Made by a program: the position numbers and the translations under genes. The notes beneath the pieces are model-generated. The model searched no databases. It was not told where the DNA came from and saw only the letters and a list, made by a program, of their open reading frames with translations. This document shows, piece after piece, positions 24,813-38,520 of a stretch of DNA of 64,000 bases. Origin of the DNA: Octopus vulgaris. Its lineage: Eukaryota. Every line of letters starts with the position of its first letter. The stretch's first letter is position 1. The stretch covers positions 49,042,001 through 49,106,000 of the forward strand of contig OX597823.1 in the NCBI GenBank assembly GCA_951406725.2, written 5' to 3'.

Positions 24813-25781
24813 TCTGGACATTGGTGGGTGGTCGTCATCTGTTAGCAGAGATCATGATCTTCAGGAGGTCCTGACATAGTCTACCAACTTTGTTCTCAAA
24901 GTATTCCTTAGCGGATGATGGTTTGTTAAACTCTCCTTCATACAGGTAAGGTTTGATAACTCAGTCATGGTCTCCTTGGTGGTCTTCCTTGTTGAGCTTC
25001 CGAGCCCATAGTAACATGGATGCCATTCTGGAGACAGATGTGGTGGTGATGTATTTCGTGAGTCTCTGGATGATAGCATATTTGAGGCTTTAGTCCATTA
25101 TCCTCTTTTCTTTCAGGATGAGTGTTCCTATTAGGTCAGTGATAAGTGAATTACATTTGTCTCGGTGGTATGTTTTGTTTCTATATGCTCAAATGGTGGG
25201 GTGTATGGTGTATGATCGATGGAATAGCATTCGAATATTTTTCTTTCTTGCTTTCTTTCTACCTTTAAGACTTTATAACGTTATGACTCTGAAGCCTTCA
25301 AAACTTTTCAAGATTCTTTGAGAATTTTTGATATTTTATGCATTGTTCCAAATACTTTTTCTTCAAGGGTTTTTTGAAGTTTGTGTAGTCTATTAAAATC
25401 TTATCCTTTCAAACTTTTCCATTTCTTTCAATTCCTTTCTTTTTTTTTCATTTTCCACTTTTTCATGTTTTCACCTTCTCGTCTTGTTCATAAGTACTTT
25501 TAACTTTTTAAAAATTCTTCTGATTATTCAGATACGATATTTCTCCCCATTCCTTTACCTTCCCAATCTCTCCTACTAATGATGTTACCCTGTTGTCTTT
25601 CTATATCTATTTAACAACTTGTCATCCTTAGCATCATGACTGTTTCTCAGCTTTCTCCATTTAATGATAATTTCAGTGCATAATAAATTATGTTTACGGG
25701 TCTGCACTAATATGCATGCTACCCTTTATACAACTGTAAATTCACAAATCAATGCAACACACACACACACATGCACACACA

Positions 25782-25840
<59 letters not shown>

Positions 25841-25846
25841 CGTGTG

Positions 25847-26056
25847 CAATGGGGTGCTGAAGAGTTCCTGACTTTGGGTAAAAGAAAATACAGGAAGATC
25901 AGTTAATTATGATTTTATTCAACATATTACCCTCTCAGATTCACACATTTATTGCGGCAATCCTTCAGTTTTTCTGTAAAAAACCGTGGAAGGCAAGGCC
26001 TCCAGCTAGGCCTTTTCTGATGCCTTAAAAACTAGGAACTTTTCAGCTACCCCTCG
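25847..26056. mobile_element. Mariner-type MITE
   Basis: TIR-like ends caatggggtgctgaagagttcctg ... ctaggaacttttcagctacccctcg followed by TA. Confidence 0.7.
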
Positions 26057-26151
26057 TATGTGTGTGTGTGTGTGTGTGTGTGTGTTAAATAAAATGAGAC
26101 AGCAAAGCAAAGGCAGTGTGAAATTTCTAGGACATTTATCAACAAAAGGTA

Positions 26152-26199
26152 GTCTTACAGCTTTTTCAGAGATATGAGGGATATCTCTTCATCAGAGAC
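26152..26199 (-). ncRNA. Minimal hammerhead motif with one stem III substitution
   Basis: Minus strand gucu CUGAUGA agagauau-cccuc-auaucucu GAAA aagcug UA agac; the ancestral stem III was probably palindromic ACAGCUGU (inference). Confidence 0.7.
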
Positions 26200-26506
26200 G
26201 ATATGAGAGAGGTAAATAGAGGGAAATAGTAAAGTTCAGTATAAGAAGTTATTCTGGAAAGGGAGAGATATAGGAAGTATAAAGGGAAATAAGAGAATAA
26301 AAATCAAAATATATGTTGGATGTTACAGTTGCAGTTCCATTATCCAAGGAAAGTGCTGTGTAGAATGGGTAGAAAGGCTTCTTGTCCATAGTATGTAAAT
26401 TCCAGTAGGAGTTCATATTTTGCAATTACAAATGGATAGCATAGAGACATTAATCCATGTACTGTTCATTCAAAGGGGTATTGTAGTGTGAATTTATATA
26501 TATATA

Positions 26507-26544
<38 letters not shown>

Positions 26545-27001
26545 GGGTAAAATTAATTAATTAATTAATAATTTTACCAAGTAGTTCGGTATGTTAAAAG
26601 AACTATTATCGGTAAACTTATACAAAAATTCTATAATTATGAGTATAATTATAGAATTTATACATATATATAGACTATGGGCTTCCATACAGTTTCTGTC
26701 TACCAGGTCCCCCCATAAGGCTTTGGTAAGCTCAAGGCTATTGTAGAAGACATTTTTCCAAGGTGCAATCCAGTGGGACTGAACTCAGGACCATATATTT
26801 GGGAAGCAAAATTCTTACCACATGACCATGTCTACATTTGAATTCAATTTTCACAGAGATCAACTTTATCTTATATCCTTTCAAAGTCAAAGAAATAAAT
26901 ACCAGTCACAAACTCAGGGTCAATCAACAGTTCAGTCACACCCAAAATTTTCAGCACTTGTGCTTATGTTAGAAATCATTATTATATCAATTAACAAAAT
27001 A

Positions 27002-27415
27002 GGTGCAGGAGTGGCTGTGTGGTAAGTAGCTTGCTTCCGAACCACATGGTTCCGGGTTCAGTCCCACTGCGTGGTATCTTGGGCAAGTGTCTTCTGATAT
27101 AGCCCCGGGCTGACCAATGCCTTGTGAGTGGATTTGGTAGACGGAAACTGAAAGAAGCCTGTCGTATATATGTATATATATATATATGTATGTGTGTGTG
27201 TTTGTGTGCCTGTGTTTGTCCCCCTAGCATTGCTTGACAATCGATGCTGGTGTGTTTACGTCCCCGTCACTTAGCGGTTCGGCAAAAAGAGACCAATAGA
27301 ATAAGTACTGGGGTTACAAAGAATAACTCCCGGGGTCGATTTGCTCGACTAAAGGCGGTGCTCCAGCATGGCCGCAGTCAAATGACTGAAACAAGTAAAA
27401 GAAAGAAAAGAAAGA
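27002..27415 (+). mobile_element. Full-length, low-divergence tRNA-derived SINE family A with internal (TA)/(TG) tract
   Basis: A box tggctgtgtggtaag, B-box-like ggttcagtccc, CpG-rich body, A-rich tail. Other copies at 29480-29873(-), 61127-61540(+), 63763-63915(+), with halves at 14800-14950, 18305-18450, 18625-18810, 19697-19835, 26675-26825, 33015-33180, 56990-57180. Confidence 0.9.
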
Positions 27416-28412
27416 AAATACCTTTTGACAACCAAATGAATAATGACTATATAGATGTAGATAAATCTGTGACACCATGATATGTACTTGTGAAATCTAT
27501 GAAAGAAAGAAAAGCAAGGATAAAAATAATCTTTACATGAAAATAGGTAACTTTTGAAGAGAATTATAACAAGACAACAGTTGATTAATGTCTGATTTAC
27601 AAGCTATAAAATCTATGGAGAACATATTTTTAAATGTAACAGCTTATGTTTTGATTAAATGACAATCGAGATGTTTATTTCACCCTTTAGATATTTATAT
27701 ACATATTTCGTATTTTATTTCATTCTTTTCCATAATAAATAAATACTTAAATCTAAAAAAAAAAGAGAATAGGAAAGCATCTATGGATAATAACTAATGT
27801 TTGGTAATTATCAAACACTAATCTTGGACTGTTTTACCTATCTGCTAAGCCACGGTGTCTATTTTTAATTATCAATTACTCTGAAATGTTCCAATTTATT
27901 AATATTGGAATTCCAGATAGTCTGTAATTTAAAGAGGCATTAAGTTTCCAACATAACCATTCAAAAAATTGATAACTGAAATCAAATAAGTAATGACATA
28001 CATTTATTATCTGCAAAGTTATACGATATTGTATATGATATTCTAAATATAATACTGTGTGCATATGTGCATATGTACACGTGTGTGTGTGTGCTTGTAT
28101 GCTTTTATATATATATATGTGCTTGTAAGCGCATGTATGCATATGCCCGTGTATGTCTACATGTACATAATTACACAGAAAATATAAATAATTTAATGTA
28201 TATATATATATGTGTGTGTGCATGTGTGTGTATGTAAGTGTGTATGTTTGCATGTACATGTGTATATATGTATGCATATACATATATACACATATGTATA
28301 GATATATGTGTGCATATATATATATGTATATTTATGTATGTATATATATTTATACATATAGTTATACATATATTTATATGTATATATTTATACATACATA
28401 AATATAGGTATA

Positions 28413-28444
<32 letters not shown>

Positions 28445-28720
28445 GATATACTAACAAACATGTGTGCGTGCATGTATATTTATGTACATTTATATGTTTG
28501 TACTTGTATATGCATGTGTATGTATGTATGTATATATATATAATAAAATAAACAAATAGATACACATGAGCATAAACAAGCAAGAGACAGAAAGCACTTG
28601 ATGCAATGGCTAAAGTGGTTTATAATTCATTAGACATATTAGACATTGAAACTTTACAAATCATTTCTTAGAGTAACGATTTGAGAAACTTCAGGTTCCA
28701 ATAAATTGCGTACATGTGTG

Positions 28721-28759
<39 letters not shown>

Positions 28760-29071
28760 TCATATGCACAGAGGCACTGTCATAGGTGTTTAGTTATTGG
28801 TGCGAGTATGGCTTCGTGGTAACAAAGGTTGCTTTCTAATCATTTGCATGGTATCATGTGCAAACTCTTATGCTCATTGCTTCAGGCAAACCAATGACAT
28901 GTGACTGAAAGCAGGTACATGTCACTGTACATAAACCTAACACAATCATATGCACACACATGAAAGCACTGTCAATGACAGGATGAAAACTCCTTCAGAC
29001 ATATTAAGAAGTACCATATGAGGTTGCATACATTTCTAGTGACCATATTTATATGTCCGTGTGTGCGTGTG

Positions 29072-29162
<91 letters not shown>

Positions 29163-29165
<3 letters not shown>

Positions 29166-29344
29166 TTGGCTGTACGTGCCACCTGCACAGGGGCCGGAGG
29201 GTCCGCATCGTCATCGGTTCGAGCATATGTCAGCGGCACGGGGCAACGGGTCCGGGTACTTTGGGGATCGGGGATTTTGGGGATCCAGGGTACTTTGGGA
29301 TCCGGGGTACTTTGGGGATCCGGTCATATGCAGAAAGCAGCCGG

Positions 29345-29346
<2 letters not shown>
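29163..29346. repeat. GC-rich ~185-bp insert in (TA)n with four 17-19 bp G-rich tandem units
   Basis: (ggggtactttggggatcc)-like units at ~29253-29322; partial terminal complementarity ttggctg / cagccgg. Confidence 0.75.
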
Positions 29347-29386
<40 letters not shown>

Positions 29387-29879
29387 ATGTATATATATAT
29401 ATATATGTATATACAAAGATAGATAGAAAAACAGATATACAGAAAGACAGATACATAGATAGACATATGTATATATTCTTTTATTCTTTTACTTGTTTCA
29501 GTTATTTGATTGCAGTCATGTTGGAGTACCTCCTTAAAAGGTTTTTTTAGTTAAATAAATCGACCCCCGGACTAATTCTTTGTAAGACTAGTACTTATTT
29601 TATTGGTGTCTTTTGCTGAACTACTAAGTGACAGGGATGTAAACACACCAACATCGGTTGTCAAATGATGATGGGGGACAAACACAAACAGAATAACACA
29701 CACACACACATGACAGGCTTCTTTCAGTTTCCATATACCAAATCCATTCACAAGGCTATTGCAGAAACCAGAGGTTATAACAGAAGACACTTGCCTAATA
29801 TGCCATGTAGTAGGACTGAACCCAGAACCATGTGGTTGGGAAGCAAGCTTCTTATCACAGAGCCACACTTGCACTTACG

Positions 29880-29921
<42 letters not shown>

Positions 29922-30206
29922 ATTTATCTCCCCTTGATCTCTGACATCACCTGACAAACCAAGATGGCGTGAATCAGCCAAGCTTTACCTGCTAGAAATA
30001 ACAACCCAAATGCTTTTAATTGAGATCCCACTGCTGGATGGTCAAGAACCAAATGAAGGACAGCTTGTCAATCCCGTGACCATCCTGATTCCAAAAAGGT
30101 ATAATATGTCTATGTAGAGCACATGTAGATTGAGATACAGGGGTCCCAGATGGACAGACAGAATTTTGCTTTTATTATTATAGATTTAAAGACATAAGCA
30201 TATACA

Positions 30207-31060
30207 ACAAGGTATCTAAAAGAAACCGGAATTTTTGCAATATTATTTTACTCACTTAGCTTTACATGTTTTCACTTTTATTGCCTTCAAAGTATTCTCC
30301 ATTTGAAGCAGTTCAGGAACTCTGTCGTTTTTTTCTTCACCTCTTCCACATCTGCAAAACGTTTTCTTTTAAGGAACTTTTTCATTTGAGGGGACAAAAA
30401 AATGTTACTGGGAGCAAGATTGGGTGAATAGGGAGGGTGGGCAAGAGGGGGCCACATGTTCAGTTGTGACTGCTTTTGATCTTCTGTGAGCTAGTGAGGC
30501 ACAAATTCTACTGTAACTCCTTTCATTCACAATTCCTCACTCAAAATTCATTGACAGGAGCTCCAGGACACACCAGTCATATCAACAAGTTCGTCAATTG
30601 TTTGGTGACAGTCTCCTAAGATCAGTTCATGAATTTTCATGATGTTTTCATTCATTTGGGAGGTCAATGGTTACTCTAAATGAAATTGGTCTTCAAGCAA
30701 CAAGTGACCATTCCTAAAGATTGAAAACTACTTGTAAACTTACGTTTTGCTCATAGCAGTGGCTTCAAACAGTGTGAACTGTTTGAAGCATGACAAATGT
30801 TTTGGGCCATCGTTTTCCTCAGCAGAAACACAATTTCCCAGTAGCACACTGTTCCTTTGTTTCAGCCATCACAAAAATTGGCAGACAGGGCAGAAACACT
30901 GCAAAATAAAGATGCACCATGTAGCAGTATGATCTCCCTCAATGCCACCAGTAGGCAGACTGATGCCTGAGGGCAGTATCAAGTGACTTCTAGCAGCGTG
31001 AACTAGCCTGAAGTACAATGGGCTTGTCCCACATACAACGTTTTCAGTTAGTTTTGGGTA
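30207..31060 (-). mobile_element. Degenerate, internally deleted mariner element
   Basis: Minus strand encodes EYFEGN* (mariner C-terminus) near 30300-30280 and an LAPSNIF motif near 30417-30400; diverged TIR-like ends in TA context. Confidence 0.6.
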
Positions 31061-31269
31061 TATATATATGTATGTATGTATGTATGTATATACATATTAT
31101 TGATAGTGAATTCAAAGTTTTGGCAAGTCTGTCGATGACTTAACTGATCAAAGTCTCTGTCAATTATATTGTTGTTTAAGAATAAATTTGTACTCTACAG
31201 AAGTACAGAGAAACCCATCAGACTGGTGTAAAATTGCTTTTACCATAACTGAAGATACAAACAACCTTT

Positions 31270-31358
<89 letters not shown>

Positions 31359-31360
<2 letters not shown>

Positions 31361-31571
31361 TAATCCAAACAAGAAAACACAAAGAGAAAACATAACAACG
31401 CAAGGACGTGGAACAAGTATAGTATTATTGGACGCTCAAGAAAGATGGAAAGAAGGAGAGTTTAATGTTTCGAGTGGAGCTCTTCGTCAGAAACATAGCA
31501 AAAGGAAAGACCCAAAGAAGGGAAGACGGAGGAAAAAAATCGCCAACGGTACACACGCGGTCACATTTTGA
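31359..31571 (-). mobile_element. ~210-bp HHR-bearing short element in (TA)n/(CATA)n; partial copy at 23903-23960
   Basis: Shared end taatccaaacaagaaa.cacaaa...caac..gcaaggacgtggaacaa; contains the HHR at 31460-31494. Confidence 0.7.
31460..31494 (-). ncRNA. Minimal hammerhead motif (CpG-decayed)
   Basis: Minus strand guuu CUGACGA a gag-cucca-cuc GAAA ca UU aaac; AACAUU is one CpG transition away from palindromic AACGUU. Confidence 0.65.
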
Positions 31572-33635
31572 ATACATACATACATACAGTCTGTACTGAT
31601 GAATATTCTCTTGGTTCTGTGTGTGTAAAGACTAAGTATAAAAGGATTCCACAACAAAATCCCAAACCAAAAATATAAAGAAAAAAGACAAAATAGAAAG
31701 CAAATTAAAAAGCAGAAAAATGCCTCCACAGAACTATTAAGGAAACCTAAGAAATATCTATATCTTTCTTCCCTGGTGAGAACAATTAGCCAAATTTCTT
31801 TCAGATTTATAATCTTTCATATTCTTTCTCTTTCATTTAAATATTTATATATTCTTGTCATTTTTCTTCTTTGCTATTTATTCTTTCTCATAAGTGTTCT
31901 TTTTCTCCATTTGTTTGTAGTTTTTTTCTTCTTTTTCTTCATTTTTCTCTCTCACTCTCTTTCCCACTTCTTTTCCGTCCTCTCTTTTTCCATTCCATTT
32001 TACCCTTCCTTTCATTTATTTTCTATACTTTATCCTCTTACATTTTCCTCCCTTTGAATTTTAATCCCTATTGTTCTTTCTTTCATTCACTATGAACATC
32101 CTTGCTTTCTCTCTTTTTCCTCCTCTTAATTTATCATCACCTATTCTTCCCCCACCACCACCACCTCTCTCTTTCTCTATCATTTCACACTTTCATTCTA
32201 TACCAGTTCTTCTTGTATGATTTCTTAACATATTTCCATTCTTCTAAGAGGTTGAAATTGTTCAGAAACCAAGATATTTTTCAATTCCCATGATTTTTTT
32301 TTCTTTCTTAAAGATATTTCACTATCATTTTCAAATATATTCTTAAAGATATTTCGTTATCAGTAGTTATTAATATAAAATAAATTTATTCAGTGAATCA
32401 TATGGCTTTGTCATCAAGGGTTTTGTTTATTTTTAGATATATTGTTTTTTTTTTTTTGAAAATTATTGCTATTATATTTTGGCATTTTTGGAAGTATGAT
32501 ATAGTCATCTAATGAAGTTTGGTTAATTAATTACTGGTTAGAATTTATAATTTTATTCTAGTTTAAGGATGGTAATTTAGCACATGTAGTCATGCAAATA
32601 ACTTGATCAGAAGAACAAAAACTGTAGTATTGGTGGTGGTGATGGCAGTTGCAGCAATGGTGGTGATGGTGGTAGTGGTAGTAGAGGCTGTGAGAAGAAA
32701 CAGCACAACTATGAACCTGTGGTTTTAGTAAGCTTGTAAAGAGAGTCTTTGCCACTTGGCTAAATGGTCTTCTTTTAGATATAGGCTAGGACACTTATAT
32801 GTTTTAAAACAAAAAAGAAAATAAGCAAAAAATTCCCCATTCTGTGCATTAGAGCACCATTCCAATTTATACTTAGGCTTCATGGATGTTCAGGATGTAG
32901 TCAAGACTGCTTAAGTACTTGTTAGTATTGTACAAGAAAGCTTGTCTTCAAGAATACAGTTATAGCAATACTGTATACATACATCAGGTTGCTATCAATT
33001 TTGTATTGTTCACAGATGCAGGCATGGCTGTGTGGTAAGAAGCTTGCTTCCAAACCACATGGTTCCAAGTTCAGCTTCACTGCATATTACCTCAGGCAAA
33101 TGTCTTCTACTGCAATAGTGTCAGGCTGTCCAAAGTCTTGTGAGTGGATTTGGAAGGTGGAAATTGAAAGAAGCCCATGGTATATATATATATTATCATC
33201 ATCATCATCATCATCATTGTTTAGCATCTGCTTTCCATGCTAGCATGGGTTGGACGGTTCAACTGGGGTCTGGGAAGCCAGAAGGCTGCACCAGGACCAG
33301 TCTGATCTGGCAGTGGTTCTATGGCTGGATGCTATATGACTAAGTTATAGATGAACCACCATTCTACAACTCAGTCATTGAAGAACCTATCCAAAACCAT
33401 GCTGTGAGACATATACTATACAATATACAAATCAAAAATATTAATAAAATATAATATTGAACAGTAAGATTATTACAATCATATAATATATAAGAGCAAA
33501 TACTTTTAAAATCACGGTGAATACCATACAAAGAAACATTCATCATAGAAATATTAATCTAAAATCAAATAAAGTATAAATTGAACAATAAAAATTAATA
33601 CAATAATATAATGTATAAAAATAAGTACTTGTACA

Positions 33636-33756
33636 TCAACTACACATGTTTCATGGCTGCATTAGGACTATATAAAATCATATAAGCAAACCATATCCAA
33701 GTTCATTAGAATGGGAAAATGATTTTACTCCCAGAAGCAGTCACTCCTCAGGTCAA
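33636..33756 (-). ncRNA. Hammerhead motif with an ~80-nt insertion in loop II
   Basis: Minus strand uugac CUGAGGA gugacugc ...~80 nt... gcagccau GAAA c-augu-g UA guuga; stem II 7/8 pairs, stem I 5 bp with two GU pairs. Confidence 0.55.
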
Positions 33757-36700
33757 ATTCCTAAAAATAACTAAAAACTAAAAGTTTAACTTACCTCATG
33801 ATATGATAAGGAATAAAAAAAATAAGGAATATTTTTTTATTCCTTATCATATCATCACTAGTGTAGCTTCAGTAGGGGTGGTGTGCTCCAGGTGGTACTT
33901 TTGGGTCTGCTGTCGGCAATATGTGTTTATTGTGGGGTTCAGGGGGCAGAAAATGGAAGTGCCGTCCTAAGCGGTACACACTCTGGCTATGTTACTGCCA
34001 CTCATTGCCTTTCAAACTGCTGTATGATATTGGCATTTGTTTTGTAAAACTATGGCAAGATTTGTAGTTAATATTTTAGTACTAAACTAGACACAATTAA
34101 AACATCTGCCAGTTTCTCAATGTATTCTGCAAACTGGAACTTTCTTTGTTGTTAGTGCTAACTGAAAAAGAAAACGATGCAGTTTCAAAGAGGGTACAAT
34201 CAATTATATCAATCAACCTTGTTTTTGAGTGATAATTAGTTTATCAACACTGAAAGGATTGAAAGCGAAATTGACCTCAGTGGACTTTGAAATCAGAATG
34301 CAATGGTAACAGTGAGCTAGGGTAAAGAGCCCCTTCAGTTATGAATGACTATGGGATTGCACCTAGAAAGTTCCCTTCCAACGTACAAGTCCAGGCAAGG
34401 TTGTTTATGGAAGGCCAGCAGTCATCCATGCATACCAGCATCCACTTTCTACACCACTGATGTTATCCAAGGGAAAGGCAAAGGCCGATGCAGTTGCCAC
34501 CAGTGATGTCACAACTCATTTCTACAACTGAGTGAACTGGAGCAATGTGAAATAAAGTGTCTTGCTCAAGAACACAATATACAGCCTGGTCTGAGAACTG
34601 AACTCACTACCTCATGATTGTGAGTTCAATGCCTTAACCACTGAGACATGCACATTCACACTGAGCTACAGCAAGATATTTTGTCCTACACTGTGCTAAA
34701 TATGCCTGTTCACCATCCTTTGTTAATGGTAACATTGATTTCTACCATAAGACGGCAAGCTGGCATAAGGGTTAGCATGCCAGACAAAATGCTTAGTAGA
34801 ATCTCATTCATCCTCATGTTCTAAGTTCAAATTTTGTCATGGTCAACTTTACCTTTCATTCGTTCGAGGTTGATAAAATAAGTACCAGTTGAACACTAGG
34901 ATCAATGTAATTGACTTTATTCCCTTCCCTGAAATTGCTGGCCTTGTACTAAAATTTGAAATCAATATTGATTTTTGCCATAAGCATGAGATCAGACATT
35001 TTGGTAGGATGAGTAAAATTGAATATATTGACTCCATACTTGGCTGTTTCCATATTTTATTGACAACAGAAAGATGAAAGGCTAAGTTGACCTCAGTGGG
35101 ATTTGAACTCAGAACATAAAGGAATGTAACTAAATACTGCAAGGCATTTTATCCAATGCTCTAATAATTCAGCCAATCCACCTCCCTTGTTGATGCTAAT
35201 ATTAATTTCACTTCCTGCAGGCAGTATGATTATAGAAGAATTCTTTTTGTGAAAGAAATAAATACAATAGGAAAAGCAGTGAAGCAGAGAGGAAAAAGCA
35301 ATATATTTCTGTGATATCACTAAAGTCTGCTACCTCTATTCTTGTTGCTATTGTTGTTGTAGTAGTAGTAGTAGTTGTTGTTGTTGTAGTTGTACTTCTT
35401 GCTGCTACCAATATAGCATTGTTGTTACTAATACTATTTTTATTGATGTCGATATTGATTTTTCCTTTTTTTTTTTTTTTTTTACAAGAACATGAAGACC
35501 CAAATTTATCAGAGAATGACATAGTTGATAAAGTGAACCCAAGTACATGACTGTTCATTATTTTATCAATGCTGAAGAGATGAAAAATCTTTGTCAAAAT
35601 TTGGCAAGATTTGAACCTGGAACATAGAGTGATAAAACTGAATAATGGTTTCTGATTTAAGCACAATGCAAGCAATTTTGAGAGGAAGAGAAGTAGTTGT
35701 TCTCATTGACACTAGTATGTGACTGGTACTTCATTTTATTAACCCTGGAGAAGTGAAAGGCAAAATTGACCTTAGAATATTTGCACTCAGAATGTAAGGA
35801 GCCAGAAATAGATACTGCATGCCATTTTGTCTGATATTTTGACAATTCTTCTAACCTCATACCCTCATAAAAGTATAGCTACAAACTTGTTTCTAGTTCA
35901 AATATGCTTGTATGCAAAACCCTGCTTAGCACTGTCACCCCATCTTTTATTTACAGCATAAAAGTATATTATACAAACCACTTTGATTTACTTGACTGTT
36001 TTTACATTCTACCTTCATTGTTGTTGTTAGTAGCAGTGCTGGGATTGATAACAGGCACTCCATCGATTACAACAACAAGGGTTCCAGTTGATCTGATCAA
36101 CAGAACAGCCTGCTCATGAAATTAAAGTGCAAGTGGTTGAGCACTCCACAGACATAGTTATCCTTAATGTAGTTCTCAGCAAGATTCAGTATGACACAGA
36201 ATGTGACCAGACCAGGCTGGCCCTTTGAAACAGAGATACAACTCATTTTTGGCATCTGAGTGAACTGGAGTAATGTGAAATAAAGTGTCTTGCTGAAGGA
36301 CACAAGGCACTGCTGGGAAATGAAATCATGACTTTACGATCATGATCCGAATACTCTAACCACTAAACCACATGCCCTCACAGTACTGGGATTATTGCTA
36401 TGAAATTGTCTTCTTCTACAAGTGGCTACAACAGAAATGTATTTCACCATACCACATCAGATATCACTGTCCTCACAAGCTTTGATAGATCCTCAGTTTG
36501 ATGCTGTGTGTCTCTACTTGTAGCATCAATGTAGTTAAGTGGTCTCTGTCCTCATTTAGACTTCAGAAATCTCCAAAATTTAACATCTAAAATAGCTTAG
36601 TGTTCAGCATGATAACACAGGCCAGCAAAGCCAAACCTGTGCTGAGCAACGACTGTAGAGATGGGTGGAATGTATCCCTCTGTCTCTTTGTGGGTTTTGT

Positions 36701-36913
36701 GCTCATGGCAAAATATTTTGAGTTCTCATAAGAAGTTGATCTGTTTTTACAGTAAAAAAAGACTGAGTACTTGACCGTCAATGAAGATGAAAGCCACTTG
36801 CCAATTGATTTCAATGATGGCACACAACTTGTGGAGTTTAGTAACTTCAAGTGCCTCTGGTCCTGAGATTCTCTCAGTAATCATGACTTTCTGACATGTG
36901 AGGAATGACTACA

Positions 36914-37120
36914 GGTAAGTTCACCATCATCAGTTGACTGCAGGGAAAGTTCACCTCCATCAATTCTCTGTGAAGAAAGTTCACCATGAGGAAAGTTTAC
37001 TGAGAAAGTATATTCATAGTATCTCACCATTAATAGTTAGAAACTATTGTATTAAAAAAAAAAGGGTGAATTGATGATGGTGAACTTTCCCTATGGTGAA
37101 TTGATGACAGTGAACTTACC
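36914..37120. mobile_element. MITE with TIRs built from short subrepeats (Foldback/MuDR-like)
   Basis: ggtaagttcacc ... gtgaacttacc ends; repeated aagttcacc / ggtgaa(c/t)tt units on each side. Confidence 0.7.
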
Positions 37121-38520
37121 AGACATGGTAAGGAACAAGTCCAGAATATTTGTAGTAATTTTCAATTCATCTAGAAATCAAGTATCTTGAAGTCAGAAGG
37201 GTGGCCTTCTGAGGGAAACCAAAATCTCGATTTTGAAAAAGAAACTTCAAGATTGCTTTGATGATAAACTCCAAGCTCCTCTTGAAGACTCTAAATAATG
37301 AAATATACAAGTCCCATTTTATATCAGTTTCCAACTAGGGTGTTACAGCAATATAAGGTATAGTAAATATAAAATAAAGGTATTAAAAACAAGGTAAAGT
37401 TATCTTCTCGAGTCATATCGACTCATAAAAGACAGTTTCCTGGTTTCATGGCATATATATTCCCCCACCTGGATGGAATGCTGGTCCATAACAGGATTAC
37501 TCATTTTTGCGAGCTGAGTGAACTGGAGCAATGTGAAATGAAGTGTTTTGCTTAAGAATATAATGCATCACTGGGTCTAGGAATGGAAACCACAATCTTA
37601 TAATCATGAATCCAACAACCTAACCACTAAGCCAATCACCTCCACTAATTAAAGGTATTGCAGAGTTTTCAATTTAAATAATACAACTGAGGAAAAAATT
37701 AACAAAGTTTGAATTCTAACATTGGAAGTGTGTGTACAGAATGAAAGAACACACTTTGAGCATAGCAAGTGTTCCATTGCAGCTTATATTTTCTCTATTG
37801 AAATAAAATGATGGCATTACATGTACTTATCATAGGGAAATAAAAATAAGTTTCCTTCTCAAGTTATACTGACTCATAGGGGCTGGTGTCTTGGTTTCAA
37901 TGGTGTATATATTCCCCACCTGGATGGGACGCCAGTCCATCACAGGATTATTCATTTTTGCCAGCTTAATGGACTGGAGCAATGTGAAATGAGTGTTTTG
38001 CTCAAGAACACATGTCACCTGTTCTAAGAATTGAAACTACAATCTTATGTTCATGAGTTCAACAGTCTAACCACTAAGCCATGTGCCTCCACCATAGGGA
38101 GATAGGGTGAGGAGGTCACAGAAACTGTAGAAACTATTGCTCTATGGGTTTGTAACTCTGTGACATTATATCAATTTATGAAAAAATCAATATTGGGCAC
38201 AGTTCTTGCAAGAAAGATGATAATATAGAAATTCTTTAGTAAAGAAAAATATATCAGAAAATTTATGATATCATAGGATGTGTTGTTGCTGTAACTTTTA
38301 CTGTTGTATTTTTCATTTCTTTTTCTTTTTATTTTTACTGCAAAGTTAGCAGAGTAAGTTTCAGCACCCACAACTGTTTCTAAAGCCTCCAAGATTGGTG
38401 GAAGAAATAGGAGACATTATCCTTAAACTAGAGACTTAGCACAAAGGTTTCAACTGAAGAGACTCTATTAAAAGCAGCAAACTAATTTTGTTTTTAGATT
38501 TTTAGTAACAGTTCTTATTT

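Noticed and set aside
24820-25500. Possible Penelope N-terminal ORF relic on the minus strand
   Set aside because: Only a weak LKYA-like hint and no diagnostic motif.
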